64,000 bases of DNA, taken from the IMG/VR virus record IMGVR_UViG_3300031991_000008, positions 1 to 64,000 of that record, one strand, 5' to 3'. Positions 18,240 through 27,480 of the stretch are shown piece after piece (position 1 is the stretch's first letter; each line of letters begins with the position of its first letter). The stretch is from a virus. The notes below the pieces were generated by a model that saw nothing but the letters and a program-made list of their open reading frames with translations, ran no database searches and was not told the DNA's origin. The translations under genes were made by a program, and so were the position numbers.

Positions 18240-18599
18240 TTAGTGAACCGTTCCCGTCGCTTCGTATGCGTCGAGTTGCGCCTTGATCTTCACGACCACT
18301 TCGGGACCGGGACCAAAGTAGGCTAGCGCGTGCTCGTTCTTCATCGCCTTCTGCAAGCGGCCGATCTTCGCGGTCGCTGCATCCTTGAACGTGAAGAAGG
18401 CGCCCTTGCCGAGCAACGTCGAGCGTTGCAGATGGCGCGGCCAGCCCGTCGCTTCGGTCAGCAGCGCCCACGACATTTTCTTGGACACGCGGATTTCCGC
18501 CGAGCCCACTCGGATCGGGCGCCACGGTCGCTTGAGATCGAGCAGGAACACCGTCTGCACAGGCAGCTTCGGCTTCGGCAACGGCGTAGGCTGCGCCAT
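18240..18599 (-). CDS. hypothetical protein (119 aa)
   Basis: Strong GC3 bias in this frame. The overlapping frame of ORF 18073-19020 loses GC3 bias here. Confidence 0.45.
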   Translation of the reverse strand: MAQPTPLPKPKLPVQTVFLLDLKRPWRPIRVGSAEIRVSKKMSWALLTEATGWPRHLQRSTLLGKGAFFTFKDAATAKIGRLQKAMKNEHALAYFGPGPEVVVKIKAQLDAYEATGTVH

Positions 18600-19020
18600 G
18601 ATTGATCCCCTCTCGTGCGCGCACGCCCTTAAGACCGTTGCGCTGAATGAGCATTTCCATTTCGTAGCTACACTCGGTCGGCGAGAGTACGATGGTCCGC
18701 AGCTTCACGAGTCCCTTGAGTTCGTAGCTCTCGACGAGATCGTGCAACGCCATGATGTCGGGCTTGATGTCGAAGTATTCGTCGGGCACACGCGGCATGA
18801 CCGCCTTGCGCTTCTCCTTCTTCGCCATCTCGCGCTCGAACTTTCGCTTGGCCTCGTGCTCGGCGCGCTGTTGCTTCGTCATCCGCTGCTCGGGCGTCAT
18901 CAAGATACGACGCATGTCCGGGCCACGGAAATACTCGAAGGACTCCCCCTTCTTAGCCTGCGTCATCCAGGCTGCGGCGGCCGTCGTTCGCGGCCCCGCC
19001 GTTGGCTTTGGTACGTTCAC
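18600..19020 (-). CDS. hypothetical protein, N-terminal coding part of ORF 18073-19020 (no in-frame stop; possible frameshift/fusion with 18240-18599)
   Basis: GC3 bias supports coding from 19020 down to about 18600 only. See findings. Confidence 0.3.
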
Positions 19021-21110
19021 TCGCCCTCGTAGAGATCGTCTTCGTCGTCGTGAGCGTGCAGCGAATCGTATTCAGTGCCGCCCGGCGAAAGATCGTATCG
19101 AAGGCCGGGGTCATGGCGCGACACCGAGTCCGACGTGAACAATTCGTGCGCCTCGGGGAATGCGTCGCGATACTTCTCGCGAAGCTGCGTGCATTCATCG
19201 CGCACGATTTCCCACTGCGACTCGTCCATGATCTGCGCGACCTTGCGGACCTGCATTCCACCGTAGCTCATCACTTCGGGCAGCGGGCCGCCAGACCAAC
19301 GGCCGGTCATCGGCTGGCCGCTGTAGGTCTCGAAGTCCATCACGTCGCCCATTGCAAGCACGCCGTGGCCGCTTCGGTCTTCCTTGTCCGCGATGCTTTC
19401 GCGTTCGAGCGTGAACGAGAGATCGCAGTGCGCGTCGAGACACATGGTGTGTCCCTGCGTGTCGGTCCACGTTCCCCAAATATTGATCTCGTCGTTGTGC
19501 TCGTCGTATTCGTAGTCAGTGGCGTCGTAGCTCGGGTATTCCGTGCGGCCGATCTGCTCACGCAACACGGCGTGCAGACACGGAGCAACTGAGTCGTGCC
19601 CCCGCACACGCAACATCTTTGCGCGGGCCATGCGCTCGTGTTCGCTACGCCGTGCTTCTTCGGCCGCCATCACAGGAATCATGCTCTTATGCAGAGCGGC
19701 CGACAGCTTCAAATCTTGTTCGCAGTACGCGCGTAGCTGCTCCGCAGCGGCAGGATCGACGCCGTGCATGGTGATCCCGTATTTCGCCGATCCCTTGACC
19801 ATGAGGTCGCGGATGATCCGTTCGTCCAGCTTCTTCATGCTGTCCTTCATCTTCGCCATCGCTTCGGCGTTGCCTTCGAGGCCCTTCACATTGAACACGA
19901 TGGTCGGCAACTCGGCCTTCTTGAAATCGACTTGATGAACCACGCCGTCCTTCACGAACGTCATGTCCGCCTGTCCGCGCGCGGCGTCGAGCGCTTGCCA
20001 TTGGTAGTCGCGTAGCTTACCGCCGTACCCGCGAAACAATTCATCGGACTTGCCCTCGCGCTTCGGGCTTTCGTAGTCCGCGAGATGCGTGTCACCGAAT
20101 GGGATCGAGACCCAATCTTCCGACTTCAACCACGGCGTGCCTTCCACGGACTTACTGACCGCAGCGGGCTTGTGGAAAGTGACGTGCGGGTGCAACCACT
20201 GGCCCGGCCCCTTGTTGTAACCGCAGTCGCGCAGACCGAACGTGCCGACGATGTAATCGCCCGGCTTGATCTCTTGATCGTGCGAGGCGCCGCGCGCCAC
20301 ATCGGCCCGATATGATAGTGAAGCGCCGCCGACGATGCCGCTGTGACCGACGTGATAGCGCGAGCCGTTCGGCGTCTCGATGATGCCGCCGTGCTTGAAG
20401 CGACCTTCGGCGTTCCACTGCTCGAACTTGTTGAGCAGTTCTTCTTGCGCGTCGTAGTCGTCGATGTCGATGTTCGGGAAGCAAGCGTGCATCAACGTAC
20501 CGACAACTGCGTGACCGAGTTCTTCGACGAAATGCGCGAGCACTCGTTCTTCGATCTTCGAGAAGTCCATGTCCGCGAGCGCAGCCATCTTGTCTCCCGT
20601 GACGTTGGCGTGATGTTGAGCGCGCTTGCGCAGGCCGCTCTTGCTGATCGGCACGCCCGCGTTGCGGCACTCGCGCACGTATGCGTCAACGTCGGCTGGC
20701 GACAAGCCGTAGCTTTTGGCGCCGTCTTCGTGAATGCGGTCGCGCTGCGTTGCGCTGCGATACAGTCCGTCAATGGGAAGCTCACGAGGATCAACCGGCG
20801 AACGCTTTGGCGCTGCGGTCTTCGGCATCCGTCGTGGGCTAGAACCAAAATCCCCACGGCGGATAGCCGTGTCCGGCTCGGGTTCGTCGCCCTCGTGCTT
20901 CTCCTTCTCGACGAGCTTCTTGCCCGCGTTCCAGCCCGGCCACGGTTGATCGCGGTCGAAGGTGCCTGCGGCTTTCATCTGCCGAGCGATGCGTGCGGGA
21001 TCGAGGATGTCCGTAGACTCGGGCGCGGGTTGAGCGCGCGACGGGCAGTCGCGGCATAGCGTTCCGGTTGGTGAGGGGCCTTGGCAGCAGTCCTTGGTCA
21101 CGGCTTCCAT
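19017..21110 (-). CDS. large hypothetical early protein (697 aa)
   Basis: Long GC3-biased ORF. No family recognised from motifs. The N-terminal about 100 aa are low-complexity, so the start may lie downstream. Confidence 0.45.
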   Translation of the reverse strand: MEAVTKDCCQGPSPTGTLCRDCPSRAQPAPESTDILDPARIARQMKAAGTFDRDQPWPGWNAGKKLVEKEKHEGDEPEPDTAIRRGDFGSSPRRMPKTAAPKRSPVDPRELPIDGLYRSATQRDRIHEDGAKSYGLSPADVDAYVRECRNAGVPISKSGLRKRAQHHANVTGDKMAALADMDFSKIEERVLAHFVEELGHAVVGTLMHACFPNIDIDDYDAQEELLNKFEQWNAEGRFKHGGIIETPNGSRYHVGHSGIVGGASLSYRADVARGASHDQEIKPGDYIVGTFGLRDCGYNKGPGQWLHPHVTFHKPAAVSKSVEGTPWLKSEDWVSIPFGDTHLADYESPKREGKSDELFRGYGGKLRDYQWQALDAARGQADMTFVKDGVVHQVDFKKAELPTIVFNVKGLEGNAEAMAKMKDSMKKLDERIIRDLMVKGSAKYGITMHGVDPAAAEQLRAYCEQDLKLSAALHKSMIPVMAAEEARRSEHERMARAKMLRVRGHDSVAPCLHAVLREQIGRTEYPSYDATDYEYDEHNDEINIWGTWTDTQGHTMCLDAHCDLSFTLERESIADKEDRSGHGVLAMGDVMDFETYSGQPMTGRWSGGPLPEVMSYGGMQVRKVAQIMDESQWEIVRDECTQLREKYRDAFPEAHELFTSDSVSRHDPGLRYDLSPGGTEYDSLHAHDDEDDLYEGE

Positions 21111-21316
21111 CCTTGTCGATGCTCGACTACGCCATAAGCGCAGCGGTGGTCAATACGAATCCACAGGTCTTCCCAAATAATTCCGGTGAACGATGGCCCT
21201 TCGCAGGCGCGGTACTGGCGGCAGAGAACTTGGTAGGTCCCGGCCGACATCGCGACATGAAAGCCATGTCGCTTGCCGTCTGGATCGACCTGCTCAAGTG
21301 CGTGCCGCAAGCTCAT
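21098..21316 (-). CDS. small hypothetical protein
   Basis: ORF in the operon context. Confidence 0.3.
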   Translation of the reverse strand: MSLRHALEQVDPDGKRHGFHVAMSAGTYQVLCRQYRACEGPSFTGIIWEDLWIRIDHRCAYGVVEHRQGWKP

Positions 21317-21397
21317 CGTTCAATCCCAATCTTTCGTGACCGAATGAATCAGATTCGGCCCATCAATTTTTGGCGGGTGAAAAAGGTTCGACTTTTC

Positions 21398-21636
21398 CTA
21401 GTGCCTCGTTGGCTCCACTCCGTTCACCGTCCACCCGTCTGCCTTCAATTGCTGGCACATCTCGAACGCGCCGTCGTCGAACGAACGGAATTCCTTTTCC
21501 GCGCCCAACTCTCCGTCCTGGTTCCACCACTCGAAGTGCCAGTGATCCCCGCACTCTTCGGCGAAGTAGATCGAGCCGTCGTCGCCGTCTGCGATGAATG
21601 TGCCTTCTTCCGGGCCGCTCTCCCACTCAACCATCA
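21398..21636 (-). CDS. small hypothetical protein (MVEWESG..., 78 aa)
   Basis: TGATG overlap with the upstream gene. Acidic, Trp-rich. Confidence 0.35.
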
Positions 21637-21864
21637 CAGCGACCGCGTGAGAGCGTCCACGCGAAGCTGCACGGCCGCAGGCGAGATTTGCGTGCGCCTG
21701 TTCGGCCGGTCGGTCTCGAACGTCGCGAGTTCGACCTTGATGCCGCGCTGCGCGATCTCGACGAGCAGATCGTTCAACTCGACTACACGACGCCGCAGAG
21801 TCGAGGCGAAGTGCCGGTCGTTCTCTTCGTCGGTCGATCCAGCCTTCAATGGAGTCCCCATCAC
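21634..21864 (-). CDS. small hypothetical protein (76 aa)
   Basis: ORF with coding-like composition. Confidence 0.35.
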   Translation of the reverse strand: MMGTPLKAGSTDEENDRHFASTLRRRVVELNDLLVEIAQRGIKVELATFETDRPNRRTQISPAAVQLRVDALTRSL

Positions 21865-22055
21865 GCATCTCCGTTGAGATATTGCACACAGTCGTCGAAG
21901 TTGTCGGAGACGAGCTTGATTTCGCCCTTCTCGCGGTGCTGTGCTTCGTAGAAACGGAACTTCGCAGCGGCTTCGATCAGCAGCTTACCGGCGCCAATGC
22001 TGTCGGACTCACACGCGCGGCCTGCGCTCAATTCACGGCCGAGATCATCGCTCAT
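21861..22055 (-). CDS. small hypothetical protein (64 aa)
   Basis: ORF. Confidence 0.3.
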   Translation of the reverse strand: MSDDLGRELSAGRACESDSIGAGKLLIEAAAKFRFYEAQHREKGEIKLVSDNFDDCVQYLNGDA

Positions 22056-22258
22056 TGTTCTTCCTCGATGTCATGCCACTGACGGTCGCCGTGGCCGCGA
22101 GTAACGAGATAGCGTCCTGCGCGTCCGTCGAGATCGTCGCCGTCACGGCCGCGACACACGATCATGCCGGGGTAGCCCTTCACGCGGAACGTGCGGCCGT
22201 CGCAGCTTTGCGGGACGAGCTTGGAGCAGCGCGAGCAGATGGTGCGAGTGACGATCAT
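22052..22258 (-). CDS. small Cys-rich hypothetical protein (start at MIVTRTICSRCSK)
   Basis: CxxC...C pattern. The upstream part of the ORF is likely non-coding. Confidence 0.3.
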   Translation of the reverse strand: MIVTRTICSRCSKLVPQSCDGRTFRVKGYPGMIVCRGRDGDDLDGRAGRYLVTRGHGDRQWHDIEEEQ

Positions 22259-22746
22259 GCCCGCTTCCGCAGCGTGCCGTGCCCTCGCGGGAGCGCAGCG
22301 GGGGATGACTCTTCGATCTGATCGTAGCGAGCGTTCGAGTCCTCGGCTTCCCGAGGCCCCAAGCAATCGGGCCGGATGTCAGCAGCCATCGCGTAGCCGC
22401 GCGTCCCGTGAGGGAGCTTGTAAAGTTCGCTTCGGAATTCCTTGGCGTTGAGCACAATCGCTTCGTGCTCTTGGCCGTCAACACCGGCCCATGCGATTCG
22501 ATAGCGGTCGAACTCGCTTTGGCCGACTGCCATGTTGAGATACAGCCCGCCCACGATGCTATCGCCGTCTTGGAAACACACATAGCTTTGATGTCCGATC
22601 TCGCGGAAGCTGTTGCTGTTCGCATCGAGCGGCAGCGCCAGCCATGCGTCGCGCGTGAGCACGATCCGGGGCAGCGAGCGCCAATACGGGCTCGCCATAT
22701 CCCACGCGGTCATCGGTTGCTGCGGGTGGACGGGACGGAAGTTCAT
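22255..22746 (-). CDS. hypothetical protein (163 aa)
   Basis: ORF. It contains the only early-region occurrence of an NSNS peptide. Confidence 0.35.
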   Translation of the reverse strand: MNFRPVHPQQPMTAWDMASPYWRSLPRIVLTRDAWLALPLDANSNSFREIGHQSYVCFQDGDSIVGGLYLNMAVGQSEFDRYRIAWAGVDGQEHEAIVLNAKEFRSELYKLPHGTRGYAMAADIRPDCLGPREAEDSNARYDQIEESSPAALPRGHGTLRKRA

Positions 22747-23003
22747 GCCTTCTTCTCCGGTTGCGCGTGGTCGAGCATGGTCTGAATCTTCGAGCGGTTG
22801 AGACCGAACAGATTGTCGATCATCTGCAAAGTCTCCGCTGCCGTCAGCAGAAGTTCGTAGGTGCGCTCGGCCGTTCCGAACGACACTTCGTAGCGCACGT
22901 CGTGATAGCCTGTGTGGCGCAGCCGCGCGCCGAGGAATCGCGCTTCCGGCATCTCTTCCTTCGAGCGCGTTGCACCGATCTTCGAGGACTCCATACGAGC
23001 CAT
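22743..23003 (-). CDS. hypothetical protein (86 aa)
   Basis: ORF. Confidence 0.35.
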   Translation of the reverse strand: MARMESSKIGATRSKEEMPEARFLGARLRHTGYHDVRYEVSFGTAERTYELLLTAAETLQMIDNLFGLNRSKIQTMLDHAQPEKKA

Positions 23004-23004
23004 G

Positions 23005-23256
23005 TCAGTAGTTTCCTCGGCCTAGAATTGCGTCCATGACCACGCTGTGCTCTTGCGATCCGAACTCTTCCGACGAGTTCGTGTACGGCGCAGGCGGTTC
23101 GACAGGCTTCGGCTGCACGCGCGTTGCGTGGAGCTTAGTGGCGTCGAGACCATTTTGCAGCGCGGCCTTGATGCGAGCGTCCATCTCGTCGCTGGCGCGC
23201 ACGAAGTACGCGCGGCCTTGCTGATCTGTGACGTTGTATTCGTGCTTGCCGATCAT
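23005..23256 (-). CDS. hypothetical protein (MIGKHEYNV..., 83 aa)
   Basis: Only the C-terminal part of ORF 23005-23706 looks coding. ATGA overlap with the upstream stop. Confidence 0.35.
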   Translation of the reverse strand: MIGKHEYNVTDQQGRAYFVRASDEMDARIKAALQNGLDATKLHATRVQPKPVEPPAPYTNSSEEFGSQEHSVVMDAILGRGNY

Positions 23257-23891
23257 GCTACGCCTCCCCACTGCGACGCCATCGCCGCAGCAATGCCCGT
23301 GAACGTGCGCGACCGCTCGCGCCATCTGTCCTTCGACGGCGACATCTTGAAGATGCGCTGCTCGCGGCCTTTCACGACGTTCGTAGGCGTCAGCGGCGGC
23401 AGGTTCTTGAGCCACAAGCACGTCGCCTTGGTCTCGCCGTGCCCGTGTTGCCACGGCTGCACAATCTGCGTGTGGCGCGGAACGCTCGATCCCATGCGTT
23501 CGCGAGCGTGCTTGTGCATGATCGGGTTCTCGATGGCGATGCGCTCGATGGGCGCCTGCCACAGTGTCATAAACAGACCGCAGGCCGCGTACATGTCGTT
23601 CCACATCTCTTGCTTCGAGCGGCCGGGCGGCGGCGTGTGAAGCCAACGCACGCCGCTGTTGCACAGTCTCGTGCATGGCGGGTGCGCGACCATCAACAAG
23701 TCCCATCCGTCGTCAAGGATGTTCTCGACTTCGCCGATGATGTGCTTGTTGCTGCGATCCTCGGACGGCAGCAGGTCGCACGACCAAGCGTCGTGACCGA
23801 GCGCAGCGAAGGCGCGGCGAACGACGCCGCTGCTCTCGCAGGCGACGAGCACGCGCAACTCGCGGCCGGACGGTTTGAGCAGCGCGCTCAA
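23253..23891 (-). CDS. divergent C5-cytosine-methyltransferase-like protein (212 aa)
   Basis: VLVACESSG...CDL (motif I-like), AHPPCTRLC (PC motif) and IAIENP (ENV-like). Weaker match than 17387-18076. Confidence 0.4.
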   Translation of the reverse strand: MSALLKPSGRELRVLVACESSGVVRRAFAALGHDAWSCDLLPSEDRSNKHIIGEVENILDDGWDLLMVAHPPCTRLCNSGVRWLHTPPPGRSKQEMWNDMYAACGLFMTLWQAPIERIAIENPIMHKHARERMGSSVPRHTQIVQPWQHGHGETKATCLWLKNLPPLTPTNVVKGREQRIFKMSPSKDRWRERSRTFTGIAAAMASQWGGVA

Positions 23892-24268
23892 TGCACGGTC
23901 GCCGGGTCGCGGTCGGCGATGAACGTGCGAAGCACGCGCTCGGCCTTCTCGCGGTTCTGCGGCTCGACGGCCTGCAAGAACATCTGAATTCCTTTCTCGG
24001 TGATGACCCAGCCGGGCGTCTCGACGAGCGAGGGCTTCAACGCAGCCTCGAACTCTTCGGCGCTCTCGTTGCCGGTCAGGTTCACGACCGGACCCATCGG
24101 AGCAATGGCCCAGCCGCGCCCTTCGCGAACAAGGCCCTTCTCACGCAACTCGTCGAACGCCGTGCGGGCGCTGTTGACGAGTTTGGGTTGGAGCTTCATG
24201 TGCGGGAATGCGTAGACCTGCAACAGTTCCCAAGCGTCGCTCGTGAGGGTGATGTCGATAGCGCTCAT
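23888..24268 (-). CDS. hypothetical protein (start at MSAIDITL)
   Basis: ORF. It is preceded by a 42-codon single-TMD ORF (24263-24390, MTFSDLRVRFFSAAVTASGAIVGAAVTLGAGYLLAWILRIV) with an ATGA overlap. Confidence 0.35.
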   Translation of the reverse strand: MSAIDITLTSDAWELLQVYAFPHMKLQPKLVNSARTAFDELREKGLVREGRGWAIAPMGPVVNLTGNESAEEFEAALKPSLVETPGWVITEKGIQMFLQAVEPQNREKAERVLRTFIADRDPATVH

Positions 24269-24523
24269 ACGATCCTCAAAATCCAGGCGAGCAGGTAGCC
24301 CGCGCCGAGGGTGACAGCGGCCCCGACTATCGCGCCCGAGGCGGTCACGGCGGCCGAAAAGAAACGAACGCGGAGATCGGAGAAGGTCATGGGTCTCGCT
24401 CTGCAAATCGAATGCCGGTCGTGACCCTACAATCCAACGGAATGTTGTGTCAATCCGGTATTTTCAGAAAAGTGCAGGGGCCGAGCACATGGCCCGGCCC
24501 CTGCATCCCCTCAATGGCTGCGC

Positions 24524-25933
24524 TTAGTTGTGCGCGGCGCCGTTCGACTTCACCGGGGGCGCGCCCGGCAGCTTGACACCAAGCGAGGCGAGGGCCGCCG
24601 CGCCTGCTTCGGTGTTGGCGAAGCCTTCGAGCATCGAGGCAACCTTGAGGCCGCCGCTGGAGCCGAAGAGATCGCCGATGGACGCGAGGCCAGAAGGTGC
24701 GTCGCCCGAGTTGGCGATGACCTTGATGTTCGCGGCCTTGAGGGCGTCCGCGTTGGCGATGCCGACGCGCTCGTCCTTCTCGACACCACGGATGTCCACG
24801 AGGTACTTTTGGTACGCCGGGAGTTCCGCGATCTTCTGCGCCAATTCGATTTGCGACGACACAGGCGCCATGAGCAACGCGAGTTCGGCCGCACCCTTGG
24901 CTTCACCTTCGGCCTTGATGCCTTCCGCAGCGAGCAGCGCGGCGTCGCGCTTACCCGTGGCGATGAGCACGGTTTCCGTTTGATGGCCTTCGGCTTCGGT
25001 AACGGCCTTCGCCTTGTCGAGTTCGGCGGCGAGAATGCCGGTCGCCTTGGTTTCTTCCGCCTTCACGATGGCGGCGTCCTTGGCGATGGTGGCCTTGCGT
25101 TGCGTCTCGACGGACAGAACTTCCATCGAGCGTTCCATCGTGGTCTTGGCTTCCAACTTGATGTCTTGTTGGGCCTTTTCCTTCGCGATGCCGACCTGAC
25201 GTTCTTGATCGGCGGTGCGTTGACCGACGAGTTGCGTCTTTTCTTGTTCGCGGATTTCGACTTGCTGTTCGGCTTCGATTTCTGCGATGTCGGCGACCTG
25301 CTTGTTCTTCGCGACTTCGACGCGCGATTGCATCGAGATCACCGAAGCCTTCTTCGCCATGATGTCCGTGATGATCGTCGAGCCCTTGGCGTCGCGAATG
25401 TCCATGAGTTCGAGATGCTTCACGGGCACCACGCCCCATTCCTTGAGGCCGTCCGTCACTTCGAGCGTGAATTGTTCGCCGAAGGTTGCACGGTCCACCA
25501 TGATCTGCTCGACATGATGCTTGGCGAGCACGGTACGAACCGCGCCTTGCATGGTGAGTTCGAGTTGGTGCTTCAACTTGTCGAAGCTGCCGACGCGACC
25601 GGCCGCGACGTTCGTGTCGTCGATGCGGAAGAAGCCCACCACATCCACGAGGAATTCGGCGCGATCCTTGTCGTAGCCCGGATAGGCTTCGAGCTTGAGA
25701 TCGAAGTTGTCCACCGGCAGCACAGTGACGGTCACACCGAAGATCGGGATGAACGATGGGATGCGGTAGTAGACGTTGCCCGCAGCGAGCTTGGCGCCAT
25801 AGCTGATCGTTTGCTTGCCGCTCTGCACGATGTGGACTTTGTTCGTATCGACGACCACGCGCCACGCAAACGCGAGGAACAGGCCGACCGTAGTGAGCGC
25901 GACGATTGCCGCGATTGCGATCCAGATAAGCAC
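24524..25933 (-). CDS. SPFH/band-7 (flotillin-like) membrane protein (469 aa)
   Basis: N-terminal TMD, SPFH-like core, then a long EA/KA-rich coiled-coil region (...AEETKATGILAAELDKAKAVTEAEG...) typical of flotillin/YqiK-type proteins. Confidence 0.65.
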   Translation of the reverse strand: MLIWIAIAAIVALTTVGLFLAFAWRVVVDTNKVHIVQSGKQTISYGAKLAAGNVYYRIPSFIPIFGVTVTVLPVDNFDLKLEAYPGYDKDRAEFLVDVVGFFRIDDTNVAAGRVGSFDKLKHQLELTMQGAVRTVLAKHHVEQIMVDRATFGEQFTLEVTDGLKEWGVVPVKHLELMDIRDAKGSTIITDIMAKKASVISMQSRVEVAKNKQVADIAEIEAEQQVEIREQEKTQLVGQRTADQERQVGIAKEKAQQDIKLEAKTTMERSMEVLSVETQRKATIAKDAAIVKAEETKATGILAAELDKAKAVTEAEGHQTETVLIATGKRDAALLAAEGIKAEGEAKGAAELALLMAPVSSQIELAQKIAELPAYQKYLVDIRGVEKDERVGIANADALKAANIKVIANSGDAPSGLASIGDLFGSSGGLKVASMLEGFANTEAGAAALASLGVKLPGAPPVKSNGAAHN

Positions 25934-26176
25934 TGATAGTTCTCCATTGCGGACGCAGGGGTGTTTCGCTCATGTCGGCGCCGCGCGACACAGGCGAATC
26001 CGTTAGAGCGGATTCAGTAGAGCACCATCAATCGAACGACGGGTGCTGCGTATGCGATTGCGGGCAACAGGAACGCGCCCGCGATGAGAGCCCACACGAG
26101 CCACCAAAGCATGTTGCGCTCGCTTCGCTTGCGGCGTTTGCGCGAGGGCGGATTGGTGGAATGAAATCGAGCCTGC

Positions 26177-26543
26177 TCACTGACCATTGAAACCTCGGGT
26201 CTTCGCTCGCACGCCGTCGTTGTCCGTGCCGAGCTTGTCGAACACTTCGTCCTTGGCGCGGGAGAAGTGCATGAGATCGTCGATGCCCGTGCGCCATTCG
26301 TAGCTGGCCGGGCGGCCTTGTGTGTTGACGCCGATGTCACCCAGGCGGGAGCCCATCGACAAACGAACGATGCGAGCGCGCGACTTGCACCACGCCCACA
26401 CTTCGGGCTCGGGCACTTCGGCCGCCATCAACACGCAATAGTCGATGGCGGGCAGGCGCTTGAACAGCAACCACGCGCGGAGGAACGCAGGATACGAGTG
26501 ATCGTGGATCACGTCGTCGATGTGCTTTTCCTCGCTCATCTTC
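26177..26543 (-). CDS. hypothetical protein
   Basis: ORF (start possibly MSEEKH). Confidence 0.3.
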
Positions 26544-26579
26544 CCTCGCTCTGAAAAGTTCGCTTCCGTTGCAGCAGAT

Positions 26580-26984
26580 TCATTGGGGTGGATTCGTTTG
26601 GACGTATTCATCTGGCACAACTCGTGCCAACACGGCCGCCACTTCCACCCGTGCTCTCTGCACCAAGCGATCTTGGCGTTCGAGAGTGGTGCCGATCAGT
26701 TCAACCCACTTCTCGCATATCACCCGGCCGAGCGCTTGCTGCATGATCTCACCCTCGGGTCCGCGCTCCATAGTCACATTCACCCACGGTGATGCGCCGA
26801 GGAAATACTTGGCTGCGTCACGCAACTTCTCCCTGTGATCGAGAGTGTCCGCGAGAACGCCGTACACATCCGCGATCTCGCGTGCGAGCTTGGGGTCCGT
26901 TGTGACTGGCGAACTGCCGACTGTTGTGCTCACGTCTTCACTCCTGCGATACGCAAGGCCCAAGGGCGCTTGCACAACTTGCAC
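26580..26984 (-). CDS. hypothetical protein
   Basis: ORF. Confidence 0.3.
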   Translation of the reverse strand: MQVVQAPLGLAYRRSEDVSTTVGSSPVTTDPKLAREIADVYGVLADTLDHREKLRDAAKYFLGASPWVNVTMERGPEGEIMQQALGRVICEKWVELIGTTLERQDRLVQRARVEVAAVLARVVPDEYVQTNPPQ

Positions 26985-27118
26985 GTCACGTCGGCCACCA
27001 CGTCGGTCGAGTTGTTTCCACCGCCGTTCTCATCGTCCTGCAACGTCTCCCGTCCGCAAGCCGTGTGGGTGGTGAAGCCACCGAAACGGTTGGGGGTCAT
27101 CGTGCTAATGTGAACCAC
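26930..27118 (-). CDS. small Cys-containing hypothetical protein
   Basis: ORF with C..C...CKLC. Confidence 0.25.
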   Translation of the reverse strand: MVHISTMTPNRFGGFTTHTACGRETLQDDENGGGNNSTDVVADVTCKLCKRPWALRIAGVKT

Positions 27119-27182
27119 TTTACGCGCCGTGACCGGGCTTCTCGCATGTCCAGTGCCGGTGTGTCAAGCGCTAGTTGGGTCA

Positions 27183-27276
27183 CATTTCCCCGTGTAGCCA
27201 TTTCCCCGTACCCCACATTTCCCCGTGTAGCCATTTCCCCGTATGCTCATTTCCCCGGTATCAACATTTCCCCGCC
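27183..27276. repeat. six to seven direct iterons CATTTCCCCGT at 16-17 bp spacing
   Basis: Copies at 27183, 27199, 27216, 27232, 27248 and 27266, plus a degenerate copy near 27281. A 33-bp unit CACATTTCCCCGTGTAGCCATTTCCCCGTACCC is duplicated. Confidence 0.8.
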
Positions 27277-27300
27277 CCTGCATTTTGCCCGGCCGCAGCA

Positions 27301-27347
27301 TGAACCGGAATCGGTTCACGGCCGCGAATTGAACCGGAATCGGTTCA
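27301..27347. promoter_or_regulatory. two copies of the palindrome TGAACCG-GAAT-CGGTTCA, 29 bp apart
   Basis: Exact 18-bp inverted repeats at 27301-27318 and 27330-27347, just downstream of the iterons. Confidence 0.7.
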
Positions 27348-27480
27348 TGCGTTCGCGCACGCGGCGCCGCAGCCTGGACGGCTGGCGCACGGGCGCGCGG
27401 GCGCTGCGGCTTCGATAGCCGCGCGGGCGCGTCAAGGCGGGCGCTCTGCGGCGCTCGCTCGATTGCGAAGGGTTAGGGGG

